From contig JBGAJA010000003.1 of assembly GCA_044225175.1 (NCBI GenBank), positions 197,428 through 261,427 of the forward strand: a stretch of 64,000 bases of DNA. The letters run 5' to 3'. The notes beneath the pieces were generated by a model. The model was given only the letters and a program-made list of their open reading frames with translations, ran no database searches and was not told where the DNA came from. Numbering within the stretch: position 1 is the stretch's first letter; every line of letters begins with the position of its first letter. Below are positions 44,630 through 53,774 of the stretch, piece after piece. A program made the translations under genes and the position numbers. This DNA comes from Candidatus Omnitrophota bacterium. Its GTDB lineage: Bacteria; Omnitrophota; Gorgyraeia; Zapsychrales; Fredricksoniimonadaceae.

Positions 44630-47467
44630 ATGTATACTAAGGTCCTAATGCTTAAGCGTTGCATATCTTTCTTTATTCTTTTGTGTTTCACCTATACTTC
44701 GGTAATTCCACCTGCCTATGCCCAGGAAATGATTCATTTACCTATACCTGGTCAGATGTTAGATCCTAGTCCAGTTTTTAATTTTCCTATAATTAAAGGT
44801 TTAACTATTCATCCTGAGAATCCTTTGCAGTTCGATTTTTTGATTGATCCTGGCCAGGGCAATCTTTCCCAGAAAGATAAACAAATTGAATATCAGAAGA
44901 TTATTAAGTATTTTTTGGCTTCTTTGACTGTTCCTGAGAAGGACTTATGGGTCAATCTTTCTCCTTATGAAAAGAACCGCATGATTCCTGATAGTTTTGG
45001 CAAGACAGAGATGGGAAGAGATCTTCTGGCTCAAGACTATATTCTCAAGCAAATTACAGCATCGCTCATGTATCCAGAGAAGGAGCTAGGGAAAAGCTTT
45101 TGGAATAAGGTCTATCAAGAAGCTCAGAATCGTTTTGGCAATACCGATATTCCCGTGAACACCTTCAATAAAGTTTGGATAGTCCCGGACAAGGCATCGG
45201 TGTATGAGAAGGAGAATACGGTATTTCTGGTAGAAGGGCATTTGAAGGTGATGTTGGAGGAGGATTATCTGGCCATCCAAAAACACCACCAGGGAAAGGG
45301 AACCAATTCTATCGGCAGCCAAATCATCCGTGAAATCATTCTCCCTGCCATTGAAGAAGAAGTCAACCAAGGCAAAAATTTTGCCAACCTCCGCCAAATC
45401 ACCAATTCATTGATCCTTGCGACGTGGTATAAGACCGCCCTTAAACAAAGCCTTCTGAATAAGATTTATGCGGATAAAAGTAAAGTAGAAGGTGTTAACC
45501 TAGATGATCCTAAGGACAATCAAAAGATTTACCAACGATACCTCCAAGCCTTCAAAAAAGGCGTTTATAACTACATCAAAGAAGAATCAGACCCAGTGAC
45601 CAAAGAATTCATCCCTAGAAAATATTTTTCTGGAGGGTTTTCACCAGACTTAGATGGAGTCATGTTAGGTCAACGCATTAAGCAACTAGATCTAATCAAA
45701 GATGCAGCCTTAATAGCAAAAGTTACGAAGAGTACTTTTGTATTAGATCAAACCCAAGTTTTATTAAAAGATGTGCCAAATCATCCTTATGGGAATGAAA
45801 GTTTTATTAGTAGAGAGTTGGATAAATTATTTCAAACTTATATTGATTTTCATTCTTGGTTGTCAAAGAAGAGGCAACAGAGAGTGCTTTTAGTTGGTGT
45901 TGGAAGAGGGCTAGCAGCTATGCAATTAGCACTGAGATATCCCAATTTAGAAATTATTGCGGTCAATAAAGAAAGCGACTTATGGTCTGATAAAATTATT
46001 GGAGATTATCTAGTCAGTACAGGTGTGCGCAAGAAAGATGTTACAGCCGCACGAAAAAGGATAACCTTAAACATAGTTGATTTAGATTCTGAATCAGGAA
46101 AGCAACAAATTTTTAAAGAAAGATATGATGCGATTATTTTCGAGCCATTCGTTCTAATATATTTTAGAGATAAAGTAAAAGCAATTGAAGCTGCCTACAA
46201 TGCATTAAATCCTAATGGATTTTTAGGGTTTGAAAAAAATAGAATTCTGGCATCAAATAAGAATAAGGAAGAAGAAGTTCTTAACGTTTTGTTAAGCAGT
46301 CTTGCTGCACCAAGGCCAATAATAGATACTGTAAATAGTGTTCAATTAATTAAGAAAAGTTCAAAAAAAATAAATATTCCTCTTAAGTTAAAACGTTCAG
46401 AATTAGCTGCAATACCTAATTATTCTAGTGTTAAGCCAATAAATTCTTTTTATTCATTAGACCAAGCGCAAGTTACATTGCAGGAGCCAACGTATTCGTC
46501 TGATTCAGCAATGGCATCTAAACAAAAAGATACGCAAATAAATAAGCGCGATCAGAAATACCATTATGAATGGTCCATTGACCATTTAGGCAAAGGCAGC
46601 GTGGAGATCAATTATTCCCCTATGCAGAATAAAACATGGGTGGAATATACTGCACCAGGTGAACTTAAGAAAAAAGCTGAATTATCGGGGAAGCATGTAG
46701 TTCCTATGAAAAACAAATTTTATTCGGGCATGGATGGAGACATAAAGATATTTCCTTATATTGTCTCTAAAGGTTTTTCGGAATTGTTAAAAAAAGCAGG
46801 CATCCCATTAAAGTTTCTAGTTCCAGATACAATTCCTAACCGAGTAAGAGTTTTTATATTTGCTTTAACTCAAGCAGGTATAAGTATTGGAAATTCGGAT
46901 CAATTAAAAGACAGCCCACAATTTGCTCAAGGTGGCAAGCAAGATGAGGCTATGGTCGCGATAAGTCCGATTAATTGGAAGATAGTAGAAGGACAAGGCT
47001 ATCCTTTTGAGATTTCTAAGGATAAAGATACAAAAATTGCACCTATTGTTCGTCATTATTATGTGACTTTCAATGGGAAACGTGTGACATTCGCAGATAG
47101 GAAACAGTCTAGCTCAAGTGTTCTTTATATTTATGCCGATCGAAAGATCGTTCATATGGAATCATTTAATCCATTATTTCCTAGAACCAAAGAAATGCGC
47201 CAAAAAGTAAGTCAAGATCTTGGAGGTATTGACCTTAACCCAAGGAATTTTAACCTCCAAATCAAACGCGACGGTAAGGGTGTGCCTTTGCCGGTCGAGT
47301 TTCAGGATGTTGAGCATATCAATGTACGTGGATTTATTCCTGTGATTATCAAAATTACGCCTGTTTCGAATCTGAGATTGTTGTTAGGAATGGCAGAGAA
47401 CAAAGAGCTCCCGAAAATCCCATCCAATTCAGAAGCACATTTCCCACAATACGCGCTTAAGGAATAA
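44630..47467 (+). CDS. Large secreted protein, paralog D (945 aa; most divergent). Central region contains a SAM-dependent methyltransferase-like segment
   Basis: Conserved N-module (~60% identical to A) and C-module (GGIDLN...ITPVSNL). Central segment RVLLVGVGRGLAAM...YDAIIFE...LNPNGFLGF resembles class I MTase motifs I, II and III. Confidence 0.75.
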   Translation: MYTKVLMLKRCISFFILLCFTYTSVIPPAYAQEMIHLPIPGQMLDPSPVFNFPIIKGLTIHPENPLQFDFLIDPGQGNLSQKDKQIEYQKIIKYFLASLTVPEKDLWVNLSPYEKNRMIPDSFGKTEMGRDLLAQDYILKQITASLMYPEKELGKSFWNKVYQEAQNRFGNTDIPVNTFNKVWIVPDKASVYEKENTVFLVEGHLKVMLEEDYLAIQKHHQGKGTNSIGSQIIREIILPAIEEEVNQGKNFANLRQITNSLILATWYKTALKQSLLNKIYADKSKVEGVNLDDPKDNQKIYQRYLQAFKKGVYNYIKEESDPVTKEFIPRKYFSGGFSPDLDGVMLGQRIKQLDLIKDAALIAKVTKSTFVLDQTQVLLKDVPNHPYGNESFISRELDKLFQTYIDFHSWLSKKRQQRVLLVGVGRGLAAMQLALRYPNLEIIAVNKESDLWSDKIIGDYLVSTGVRKKDVTAARKRITLNIVDLDSESGKQQIFKERYDAIIFEPFVLIYFRDKVKAIEAAYNALNPNGFLGFEKNRILASNKNKEEEVLNVLLSSLAAPRPIIDTVNSVQLIKKSSKKINIPLKLKRSELAAIPNYSSVKPINSFYSLDQAQVTLQEPTYSSDSAMASKQKDTQINKRDQKYHYEWSIDHLGKGSVEINYSPMQNKTWVEYTAPGELKKKAELSGKHVVPMKNKFYSGMDGDIKIFPYIVSKGFSELLKKAGIPLKFLVPDTIPNRVRVFIFALTQAGISIGNSDQLKDSPQFAQGGKQDEAMVAISPINWKIVEGQGYPFEISKDKDTKIAPIVRHYYVTFNGKRVTFADRKQSSSSVLYIYADRKIVHMESFNPLFPRTKEMRQKVSQDLGGIDLNPRNFNLQIKRDGKGVPLPVEFQDVEHINVRGFIPVIIKITPVSNLRLLLGMAENKELPKIPSNSEAHFPQYALKE

Positions 47468-47540
47468 TTATTTTTTGATCTCGTTTTTATTTTGTTCCTT
47501 ATATAATGCTTACAATTGAATTCTATGAAAGGAAAGAGTT

Positions 47541-47951
47541 ATGGTTAAAATGAATGTGGTTTATGAAGGTGATTTGCGCTGTAAGTTGACCCATGAACAA
47601 AGCGGGTCTGTGATCACGACGGATGCGCCTAAGGATAATATGGGCAAAGGGGAGGCGTTTTCTCCCACCGATTTAGTTGCCGCGGCCTTATCGTCTTGTA
47701 TGTTAACTGTCATGGGAATTGCAGCTAAGCGGCACAATATTGATTTTAAAGAAGCCAGAGCAGATGTGACTAAAGAAATGGTAGCCATCCCTGTACGTCG
47801 CATTGGTACCATTACTGTGAATGTTCATATGCCTAAAGGTTTAACGAACGAACAGCGCACAATTCTTGAACAGGCAGCTCACACATGTCCAGTCCATAAA
47901 AGCCTAAGTCCAGACGTCCAAACTCCAATCAAATTTCATTATGCGGATTAA
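47541..47951 (+). CDS. OsmC/Ohr family peroxiredoxin-like protein
   Basis: Two conserved Cys contexts (AALSSCMLTVMG and AAHTCPVHKSL). Confidence 0.8.
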   Translation: MVKMNVVYEGDLRCKLTHEQSGSVITTDAPKDNMGKGEAFSPTDLVAAALSSCMLTVMGIAAKRHNIDFKEARADVTKEMVAIPVRRIGTITVNVHMPKGLTNEQRTILEQAAHTCPVHKSLSPDVQTPIKFHYAD

Positions 47952-49314
47952 ATTTATGAAAAAAATGGTCCTGATTGCGGTCTTTTTGTGTAGTTGTTCA
48001 TGTGTTTTTGCAGCTAATCAGGAGAGTTATTCGGCTCCCAGCCAATTGCCTAATGTCAAAAGCCAAATGCTGACGGCAGGCTTCTGGATTTCTAAGCATC
48101 CATCCGTGGATCAAATTGTCATGAATGAAGAGCAAATCAGAGCGTTTAATGACAATATCCGTAATAATTTAAAACTTACCAAGGATATTTTTTCTTTAGT
48201 TGAGAATTTTAAGACAGAGTCTTTAATGGATGTGTTTAAGAAGAATTTAGAAGACTATGCAGAAGGCGGTTACTACACCATAGATGGCACTCGCAATGAT
48301 GCGGCTTTTATGGAGAAGGTTAAAACCAGTATGCATTTAAGCGGTCTTGTTTTGGGTGTTGCTCCTCGATATGGGATCATCATTCATAGGGCGGATCAAA
48401 GGTTCCTGCCAACTGCGCAAGGTCTTTTTGCTCAACGGGGAGATGTAGATTTTGATGAGCTTCAAAATAGCGCTTTGGATATTGGAACGCCTGTTGCAGT
48501 TATCCATAAAAGCCAGGATGGAAAATGGTCTTATGTGCTTTCTGAATTAAGTGATGGTTGGGTTAAAACACAGAATATTGCTTTTGGCGATTCAAAGGTG
48601 ATCAAGAATTTCTTGGGCCAAGAGAAATTCGTCGTGATAACGAGTCCTAAAGCAGATATATTCTTAAATGATGCTATGACGGAATTTTATGATGAAACAC
48701 GTATGGGGGTCACTCTGCCTCTTCTTGAAGAAAGCGAAAAACATTGGATTGTGGAGTTACCTCTCAAAGATAAACAAGGCCAACTACAAATGGGAATTGC
48801 CTTTATTCCAAAGAGCATGGCTCACCGAGGCTATCTGCCTTATACGGCCCGCAGCATTTATAACCAAGCTTTTCTCATGCTGGATAAACCTTATGGATGG
48901 GGAGACATGAATGGCCAGCAGGATTGTTCAAGGTTCTTGCAAATGATTTATGCCACAGCAGGTATTCATCTTCCTCGGGATTCCAAGGACCAAGCCCAGG
49001 TAGGTGAGCCACTATCTTCTTTTGATGGAAAGACTCAAGATAAGGCTAAATTAGAATTCTTCAAAAATATTCCAGGAGCCACAAGTGTTTTGACACTTAA
49101 AGGGCATATTCTTTTGTATTTGGGAATGATTGAGGGAACTCCCTATGCCATTCATGAAACATCAGGATATTCTCAAACCAAGGATGACAGACAGATTAAA
49201 TATGTGTTAAATCGTGTGATTGTTTCAGATTTGTCTTTGGGAGAAGGATCAACCAAAGGTTCTTTACTTAGACGTTTATTAAAAATTGTAGGAATTCAAT
49301 CCAGTGCGCATTAA
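47941..49314 (+). CDS. Secreted NlpC/P60-family cell-wall peptidase with N-terminal SH3b-like domains (YkfC-like gamma-D-Glu-diamino acid endopeptidase)
   Basis: Signal peptide. C-terminal catalytic triad context DCSRF...GHILLYLG...HE. Confidence 0.7.
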   Translation: MRIKFMKKMVLIAVFLCSCSCVFAANQESYSAPSQLPNVKSQMLTAGFWISKHPSVDQIVMNEEQIRAFNDNIRNNLKLTKDIFSLVENFKTESLMDVFKKNLEDYAEGGYYTIDGTRNDAAFMEKVKTSMHLSGLVLGVAPRYGIIIHRADQRFLPTAQGLFAQRGDVDFDELQNSALDIGTPVAVIHKSQDGKWSYVLSELSDGWVKTQNIAFGDSKVIKNFLGQEKFVVITSPKADIFLNDAMTEFYDETRMGVTLPLLEESEKHWIVELPLKDKQGQLQMGIAFIPKSMAHRGYLPYTARSIYNQAFLMLDKPYGWGDMNGQQDCSRFLQMIYATAGIHLPRDSKDQAQVGEPLSSFDGKTQDKAKLEFFKNIPGATSVLTLKGHILLYLGMIEGTPYAIHETSGYSQTKDDRQIKYVLNRVIVSDLSLGEGSTKGSLLRRLLKIVGIQSSAH

Positions 49315-50368
49315 ACACATCGAAGTCAAATCTCTGCGGGCGCCTTTAATTCAACCCTTTCGTGTGGCAACGGGGCAGCACAATTCTTTGGATAATTTAT
49401 TAATTATTCTTAAATTTGACGACGGAACCATAGGTTACGGAGAAGCTGCCATTGCCTCTCACATCACAGGAGAAACGATTGAAGAAACACGTGCTAATTT
49501 GCAAACTGCAGCTCAATGCCTCGTTGGGTTCTTAGCCTCAGATTATTTGCGTATATCCAAATGGCTGCATGATTCTTTCCCTCTTAATAAGAGTGCTGTC
49601 TGTGCGATTGAAATGGCTTTGTTTGATGCTTTAACTAAATCTATGAAAATTCCATTGTGGAAGATGTTTGGGGCTCAACCTAAGATGCTAAAGACGGATA
49701 TTACAATTGTGATTTCATCGCTACAAGAGACCCAGGATACGACTAAGACGTTTTATAAGAAAGGTTTTAGGTCTTTTAAAATCAAAATCGGCAAAGACAT
49801 GGATTTAGATTTTAAACGTGTACAAGCCGTCTCTAAGATTGCCCGAAACTCCAGTATCATTCTGGATGCTAATCAGGGATACACTTCCAAACAAACGCTC
49901 CAATTTTTAAACATGGTCCAAAAGGCAAAGATTAAGGTGGATTTGATTGAACAACCTACAGCTAAAGCTGATTTTGAGGGGTTAAAGCAAGTCACCCGTT
50001 TATCGAAGGTGCTTGTCTGTGCTGATGAGAGTGCATCCTCAATTGCTGATGTGATAAAACTGATCCAAGAAAAGGCTGTGGGGGCAATTAATATTAAACT
50101 GATGAAGACTGGCATTGTTCACTCTTTTGAAATTGCCCGTATAGCCAAAGCCTCAGGACTCAAACTGATGATTGGCGGCATGATGGAAAGCAATCTAGCC
50201 ATGAGCGCCTCAGCCCATTTGGCGACAGGCTTAGGCTTTTTTGATTTTATTGATTTAGATACACCGTTTTTTATCAAGAAGGAAGTTGCTCGGAATCCTT
50301 TTTTAAGTGATAAGGGAGTCTACAATTTGTCCCAAGCCAAAGCTGGTATTGGCATTAATCCCAAATGA
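49304..50368 (+). CDS. Dipeptide epimerase (L-Ala-D/L-Glu epimerase, enolase superfamily)
   Basis: MR/MLE capping and barrel domains: KIKIG...DANQGYT...IEQP...DES...KLMKTG. Overlaps the upstream peptidase stop. Confidence 0.8.
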   Translation: MRIKHIEVKSLRAPLIQPFRVATGQHNSLDNLLIILKFDDGTIGYGEAAIASHITGETIEETRANLQTAAQCLVGFLASDYLRISKWLHDSFPLNKSAVCAIEMALFDALTKSMKIPLWKMFGAQPKMLKTDITIVISSLQETQDTTKTFYKKGFRSFKIKIGKDMDLDFKRVQAVSKIARNSSIILDANQGYTSKQTLQFLNMVQKAKIKVDLIEQPTAKADFEGLKQVTRLSKVLVCADESASSIADVIKLIQEKAVGAINIKLMKTGIVHSFEIARIAKASGLKLMIGGMMESNLAMSASAHLATGLGFFDFIDLDTPFFIKKEVARNPFLSDKGVYNLSQAKAGIGINPK

Positions 50369-51522
50369 TTCAAAACCCGCTCGCCATTGTTGCAATATTA
50401 TTATTAATCGAAACCCTCATTCTTTATTTAGCTAATCACGCCCGTTATTCCAAGTTCTTTAGTGTACTTCCGTCGGTATTTTGGATTTATTTTGTGCCCA
50501 TGATTGTTTCTAGTTGTGGGTTAATTGACTCTAAATCAGCAATTTATGGAACAATCACGACCTATGTTCTTCCGATCGCCCTCTTTTTGCTTTTAATGAC
50601 CGTGGATTTAAAGGCTATTTTCCGCTTAGGTCCCAAAGCATTAATAATGTTCTTTATTGGTTCGATTGGAATCATGATCGGCATGACAGTTGTGTTTGCT
50701 TTGTTTAAGAGCGCTGTCGGTTCCCAGTTTGCTCCTGGTTTTGCAGCCTTGTCTGCTTCATGGACAGGAGGGAGCGCTAATATGATTGCTGTCAAAGAAG
50801 CGCTCAATGTTCCAGAGAATGTCTTTTTGCCTATGGTGATTGTCGATACCATTGTTCCTTATGTTTGGATGGCTTTGATGATTGCTTGTGTGGGATTTTC
50901 ACCTCTTATTGATCGACTCAACAATTGCGATCGATCGGTTTTGGATGATTTAAATCAAAGGATCGAAAATGTTTCTACGGTCATTATTGAGAAGCTTACA
51001 TTAACAAGAGTAGCAGGTTTGGTGGTTTTGGGGGCGATCGGGGGATTTCTATCCATTTGGCTTAGCCGCTTGCTGCCTGAAATCCCAGGTGTCATTTCTA
51101 CCTATGCGTGGGGTATTATGATTGTCACTATCCTAGGGGTGGCCTGTTCTTTCACTCCCGCTCAGAAATTGCAGCAATATGGTTCCAATAAAGTAGGCTA
51201 TTTTCTGCTTTATTTTGTCCTCACTTCCATTGGAGCACGAGCCAGCATTAGCCATATCGACTCTTCTTTAATTTTAATAGCAGCTGGATTTCTAGTTATC
51301 CTTATTCATGGGGCAATTTTGTTAGCAGCAGCCAGGATTTTAAGAGTCCCCATATTTCTAGCTGTGGTCGCTTCCCAAGCCAATGTGGGAGGGGTCGCCT
51401 CTGCCCCTATAGTGGCTGAAATCTACCAAAAGGGATTTGCTAGTGTAGGGCTTCTTTTAGCCATCTTAGGTAACATTGAAGGCACTCTAATAGGAATAAT
51501 TATGGGACAAATTCTTCATTGA
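50365..51522 (+). CDS. Polytopic membrane protein (DUF819-like; possible transporter)
   Basis: ~10 TM helices; translationally coupled to the epimerase. The family assignment is tentative. Confidence 0.5.
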   Translation: MIQNPLAIVAILLLIETLILYLANHARYSKFFSVLPSVFWIYFVPMIVSSCGLIDSKSAIYGTITTYVLPIALFLLLMTVDLKAIFRLGPKALIMFFIGSIGIMIGMTVVFALFKSAVGSQFAPGFAALSASWTGGSANMIAVKEALNVPENVFLPMVIVDTIVPYVWMALMIACVGFSPLIDRLNNCDRSVLDDLNQRIENVSTVIIEKLTLTRVAGLVVLGAIGGFLSIWLSRLLPEIPGVISTYAWGIMIVTILGVACSFTPAQKLQQYGSNKVGYFLLYFVLTSIGARASISHIDSSLILIAAGFLVILIHGAILLAAARILRVPIFLAVVASQANVGGVASAPIVAEIYQKGFASVGLLLAILGNIEGTLIGIIMGQILH

Positions 51523-51550
51523 ACCCGCGATTTTCTAGCACACAATAGTA

Positions 51551-51579
51551 TTGATATTCAATAATCAAACCTATATAAT
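51551..51579 (+). promoter_or_regulatory. Sigma70-type promoter for trxA: TTGATA, 17 bp spacer, TATAAT
   Basis: Near-consensus hexamers with ideal spacing. The -10 lies ~70 nt upstream of the trxA ATG. Confidence 0.5.
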
Positions 51580-51647
51580 GTGGCTTCATTTGAGTTAGAA
51601 CACTCGTACTCAATAACGATAGAAGGATCAAGAAGGAGAATAACATT

Positions 51648-51968
51648 ATGGGAGCCTTACACTTAGATCAAAATAACTTTAAAAGCGAAGTTTTAAACAG
51701 CACTGTACCTGTGTTGGTAGATTTTTGGGCTGAATGGTGTGGGCCTTGCAAAATGTTAAGCCCTATTATAGATCAAGTTGCCACTGAGTTAAATGGCAAG
51801 CTCAAAGTAGCCAAAGTCAATGTTGATGAAGCCCCTGACCTGGCAGGTGAATACAGTGTCATGTCAATTCCCACCCTAATTGTTTTTAAGAACGGAAAGC
51901 CTGTTGATCAGTTTGTAGGCGCTATGCCTAAAGATAAATTATTAGCCAAAATTAACCCCCATTTATAG
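51648..51968 (+). CDS. trxA: Thioredoxin
   Basis: WCGPC active site; 106 aa. Confidence 0.95.
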   Translation: MGALHLDQNNFKSEVLNSTVPVLVDFWAEWCGPCKMLSPIIDQVATELNGKLKVAKVNVDEAPDLAGEYSVMSIPTLIVFKNGKPVDQFVGAMPKDKLLAKINPHL

Positions 51969-51973
51969 CGTAG

Positions 51974-51998
51974 GGGCGGGTTTTAAACCCGCCCGTTT
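51974..51998 (+). terminator. Hairpin terminator after trxA (short T-tail)
   Basis: gggcggg-ttttaaa-cccgccc followed by GTTT. Confidence 0.45.
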
Positions 51999-52009
51999 AA
52001 GGAAATGAT

Positions 52010-52363
52010 ATGTTTATCGAAGTTTTAAAATCAAAAATTGGCCAAGCCACATTAACTGGTGCAGAGCTTCATTATGAAGGAAGTATCACCATTGATAGCA
52101 ATGTTTTAAAAGCTGTAGGATTGATTCCAGGTGAAAAGGTTCATGTTCTTAATGAAAATAACGGGAATCGTCTGGAAACATACATCATTGCAGGTCGTCC
52201 AGGCTCTGGAGAAATTTGTCTTAATGGACCTGCTGCCCGCCATGGATACGTGGGAGATAAGCTTGTCATTTTAAATTATGCCATTTGTACTCCCAAAGAG
52301 GCTAAGAGTTTAAAGCCTAAGATTGTTTATCTCGATTCCAATAATAAAATTAAAAAAATTTAA
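52010..52363 (+). CDS. panD: Aspartate 1-decarboxylase proenzyme
   Basis: HYEGSITID contains the Gly-Ser self-cleavage site. ~117 aa, typical of PanD. Confidence 0.9.
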   Translation: MFIEVLKSKIGQATLTGAELHYEGSITIDSNVLKAVGLIPGEKVHVLNENNGNRLETYIIAGRPGSGEICLNGPAARHGYVGDKLVILNYAICTPKEAKSLKPKIVYLDSNNKIKKI

Positions 52364-52368
52364 CTGTC

Positions 52369-52878
52369 ATGATATTGAAAGTCCGTTTATATGGGGATTC
52401 TTGTCTTAGGGAAAAGTCCAAACCGGTCAAAGCGGTTGGTCCTGCGGAACGTATGCTCATTGCATCTATGTTTGAGACGATGCGGGCGCAAAAGGGAATA
52501 GGTCTTGCTGCCCCTCAAGTAGGGATTAACGAACAGATTTTTGTGGTGGATACGGGGAAAGACTCCTTTGCCATTATTAACCCTAAGATCATTAAAGCAG
52601 CTGGCGCACAGGATTCAGAAGAGGGGTGTTTAAGTATCCCTAATCTTCATGTCAATGTTCAAAGGGCCAAAGAACTTGAGGTTGAATTTATAGATGAAGA
52701 CAATGAACCTGTAAGGGCCAAGATTTCAGGGCTTTTGGCCAAAGTTTTTCAACATGAGAACGATCACTTGCAGGGTAAGTTAATCATCGATTATCTTTCT
52801 CCAACTGACCGAAAAAAGGTCCTTAAAGATATTAAAGATGGCATTTATGTGGGTGTAGAAGAGAAAGAAAAAGAATGA
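52369..52878 (+). CDS. def: Peptide deformylase
   Basis: GIGLAAPQVG, EGCLS and HENDHL motifs. Confidence 0.9.
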   Translation: MILKVRLYGDSCLREKSKPVKAVGPAERMLIASMFETMRAQKGIGLAAPQVGINEQIFVVDTGKDSFAIINPKIIKAAGAQDSEEGCLSIPNLHVNVQRAKELEVEFIDEDNEPVRAKISGLLAKVFQHENDHLQGKLIIDYLSPTDRKKVLKDIKDGIYVGVEEKEKE

Positions 52879-53774
52879 AAACCGTGGTTCCACAGAAATA
52901 TGAAAATGGTTTAGTCAAACTTCCTGATTGGTTTAAACAGCCTTTGCCGGAAATGGAACAAATCAATTCCATGAAGGACATGTTCCGGTCTTCGGGGCTC
53001 CATACCGTTTGTGAAAGTGCTAATTGTCCTAATATGGGCACATGCTGGAAGGCAGGTGTTGCTACTTTTATGATTTTAGGCGGTACCTGTACGCGTGCTT
53101 GCCGTTTTTGCTCAGTTCCTGCTGGACGCCCAGACCTTCTGGATCCTCACGAACCCATGCAAGTGGCCCAAGCGGTTCAAAATTTAAAATTACGTTACGT
53201 TGTTATCACATCCGTTGCTCGCGATGATTTAAAAGACCAAGGCGCTACTCATTTTTCAGATACCCTCAAAGCCATTCGTAGTCTTAACCCTCACATTAAA
53301 ATTGAAGTTTTGATCCCAGATTTCTCTGCTAAAGAAGAATCTTTAAAGATACTCAGCGAAGCTAAGCCTGAGGTGATTGGACATAATATTGAAACTGTTC
53401 GCCGTTTGAGTGAATTTGTCCGATCGAAAGCCTTGCATGATCGTTCCTTGCATGTTCTTAAACGTTTCCGTGAGCTGAATCCTACATCTTTTGTAAAGTC
53501 TTCTTTTATGGTGGGCTTAGGAGAAACTGAGGAAGAAGTCAAAGGAACTATGGGAGAGCTTTTAGAGAATGGTTGTCAAATTTTAACAATTGGTCAGTAT
53601 TTAGCTCCAACCCGCATGAAAAGACATGTGCCTGTGGATCGTTTTGTAACTCCAGATGAGTTTGAAAACTTTCGTAAGATTGGCATGCAAATGGGCTTTA
53701 AATACGTAGAAAGTGGACCCTTGGTGCGCAGTTCCTTTATTGCAGAAAAAGGCTATCGAGAGGCATTAGGCTAA
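52875..53774 (+). CDS. lipA: Lipoyl synthase (radical SAM)
   Basis: CPNMGTCW auxiliary-cluster motif and CTRACRFC radical-SAM motif. Confidence 0.9.
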   Translation: MKTVVPQKYENGLVKLPDWFKQPLPEMEQINSMKDMFRSSGLHTVCESANCPNMGTCWKAGVATFMILGGTCTRACRFCSVPAGRPDLLDPHEPMQVAQAVQNLKLRYVVITSVARDDLKDQGATHFSDTLKAIRSLNPHIKIEVLIPDFSAKEESLKILSEAKPEVIGHNIETVRRLSEFVRSKALHDRSLHVLKRFRELNPTSFVKSSFMVGLGETEEEVKGTMGELLENGCQILTIGQYLAPTRMKRHVPVDRFVTPDEFENFRKIGMQMGFKYVESGPLVRSSFIAEKGYREALG

